Source of the DNA: a virus
Direction: 5' to 3' (one strand)
Virus record (IMG/VR): IMGVR_UViG_3300025949_000022
Location: 1-64,000 of that record
Length of the DNA stretch: 64,000 bases
Below are positions 63,618-64,000 of the stretch, in pieces (within the stretch, counting starts at the first letter, position 1; each line of letters begins with the position of its first letter). The notes below the pieces were generated by a model that was not told the origin of the DNA, made no database searches, and was given only the letters and a program-made list of their open reading frames with translations. Position numbers and translations under genes: made by a program.

Positions 63618-63653
63618 TGATTTTTTTATCTTTTTTTCTTTGGATGCAGGGCG
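63618..63653 (-). repeat. Dispersed GCATCC/A-tract motif copy
   Basis: CGCCCTGCATCCAAAGAAAAAAAGATAAAAAAATCA on the minus strand. Confidence 0.7.
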
Positions 63654-63654
63654 G

Positions 63655-64000
63655 TTATTCGTTGTTAAAGCGCTTTAATTTTATGTCTGATTTGCAATAA
63701 AGTGGATGCTTTGGACTTCCGTTTTTATTGATATGAAGCGCGGCGGCATATGGAAACATTTTTTTTACCTCTTCATCCCGGCCAAATACCCTAAAGTTAC
63801 CCCATGCGAAAACCACGATATTGCATTTAGTAGAAACATGCTTCAGGTGCCTGTCAGCCAAATTAACGTTACCTTTTTCGATATTTAACTTAGTCGGGTC
63901 TGTGCTGATATAGGTAAAAAGATTCATCATGTAAAACCCACCGTAACCTAAATTATTGGCTATGGTTTTTATTCGCCTGATTGTAGGGTCATCGGTTTCA
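63655..64000 (-). CDS. DUF1643-family protein, 5'-truncated by window edge
   Basis: DDPTIRR...MNLF...VVFAWG...PKHPLY; frame open to the window end. Confidence 0.85.
   Translation of the reverse strand, partial: ETDDPTIRRIKTIANNLGYGGFYMMNLFTYISTDPTKLNIEKGNVNLADRHLKHVSTKCNIVVFAWGNFRVFGRDEEVKKMFPYAAALHINKNGSPKHPLYCKSDIKLKRFNNE

Larger units (their letters stand above)
1..64000. mobile_element. Temperate Bacteroidota phage genome segment, crAss-related podovirus architecture
   Basis: Terminase, portal, capsid and tail module; integrase with attP; CHAP endolysin; Bacteroidota sigma-A promoter motifs; no host housekeeping genes. Confidence 0.9.

Noticed and set aside
1-64000. Stop-codon reassignment as in some crAss-like phages
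   Set aside because: Long structural genes are intact in the standard code, TAG and TGA end genes at tight junctions, and no suppressor tRNA was seen

Overview
The whole window looks like one Bacteroidota (Bacteroidetes)-infecting tailed phage genome. No host genes are recognisable and no replication genes fall inside it. The structural block (about 16-51.5 kb, almost all minus strand) has the layout of crAss-related podophages: tandem GroES-like gene, small and large terminase, 779-aa portal, scaffold, major capsid, ring/tail-tube proteins, split tail muzzle, ejection proteins and fibres. No virion RNA polymerase is evident, and many host-type TTTG-N19-21-TAnnTTTG promoters are present. The phage looks temperate: tyrosine integrase beside an intact attP (tRNA 3' end, terminator and paired arm-type repeats), excisionase-like HTH, and a divergent CI/Cro-like switch with operator repeats. 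Items most worth following up: (1) a glycosyltransferase/O-methyltransferase cluster, including a PLOD/LH3-type GT domain, heading the packaging operon, plus tail-fibre-like and collagen-like proteins that carry Sec signal peptides; (2) a canonical type I hammerhead ribozyme at 60882-60931 (-) and several other structured intergenic RNAs, including a tRNA-like RNA with alanine identity but no normal anticodon arm; (3) a gene missed by the ORF track (1-721, -) with an InaZ-like N-terminal domain and ice-nucleation-like octapeptide repeats; (4) a dispersed GCATCC/GCTAATC + A-tract DNA motif; (5) accessory cassettes whose 5' and 3' ends are complementary. All family calls come from motif recognition by eye, not database searches.
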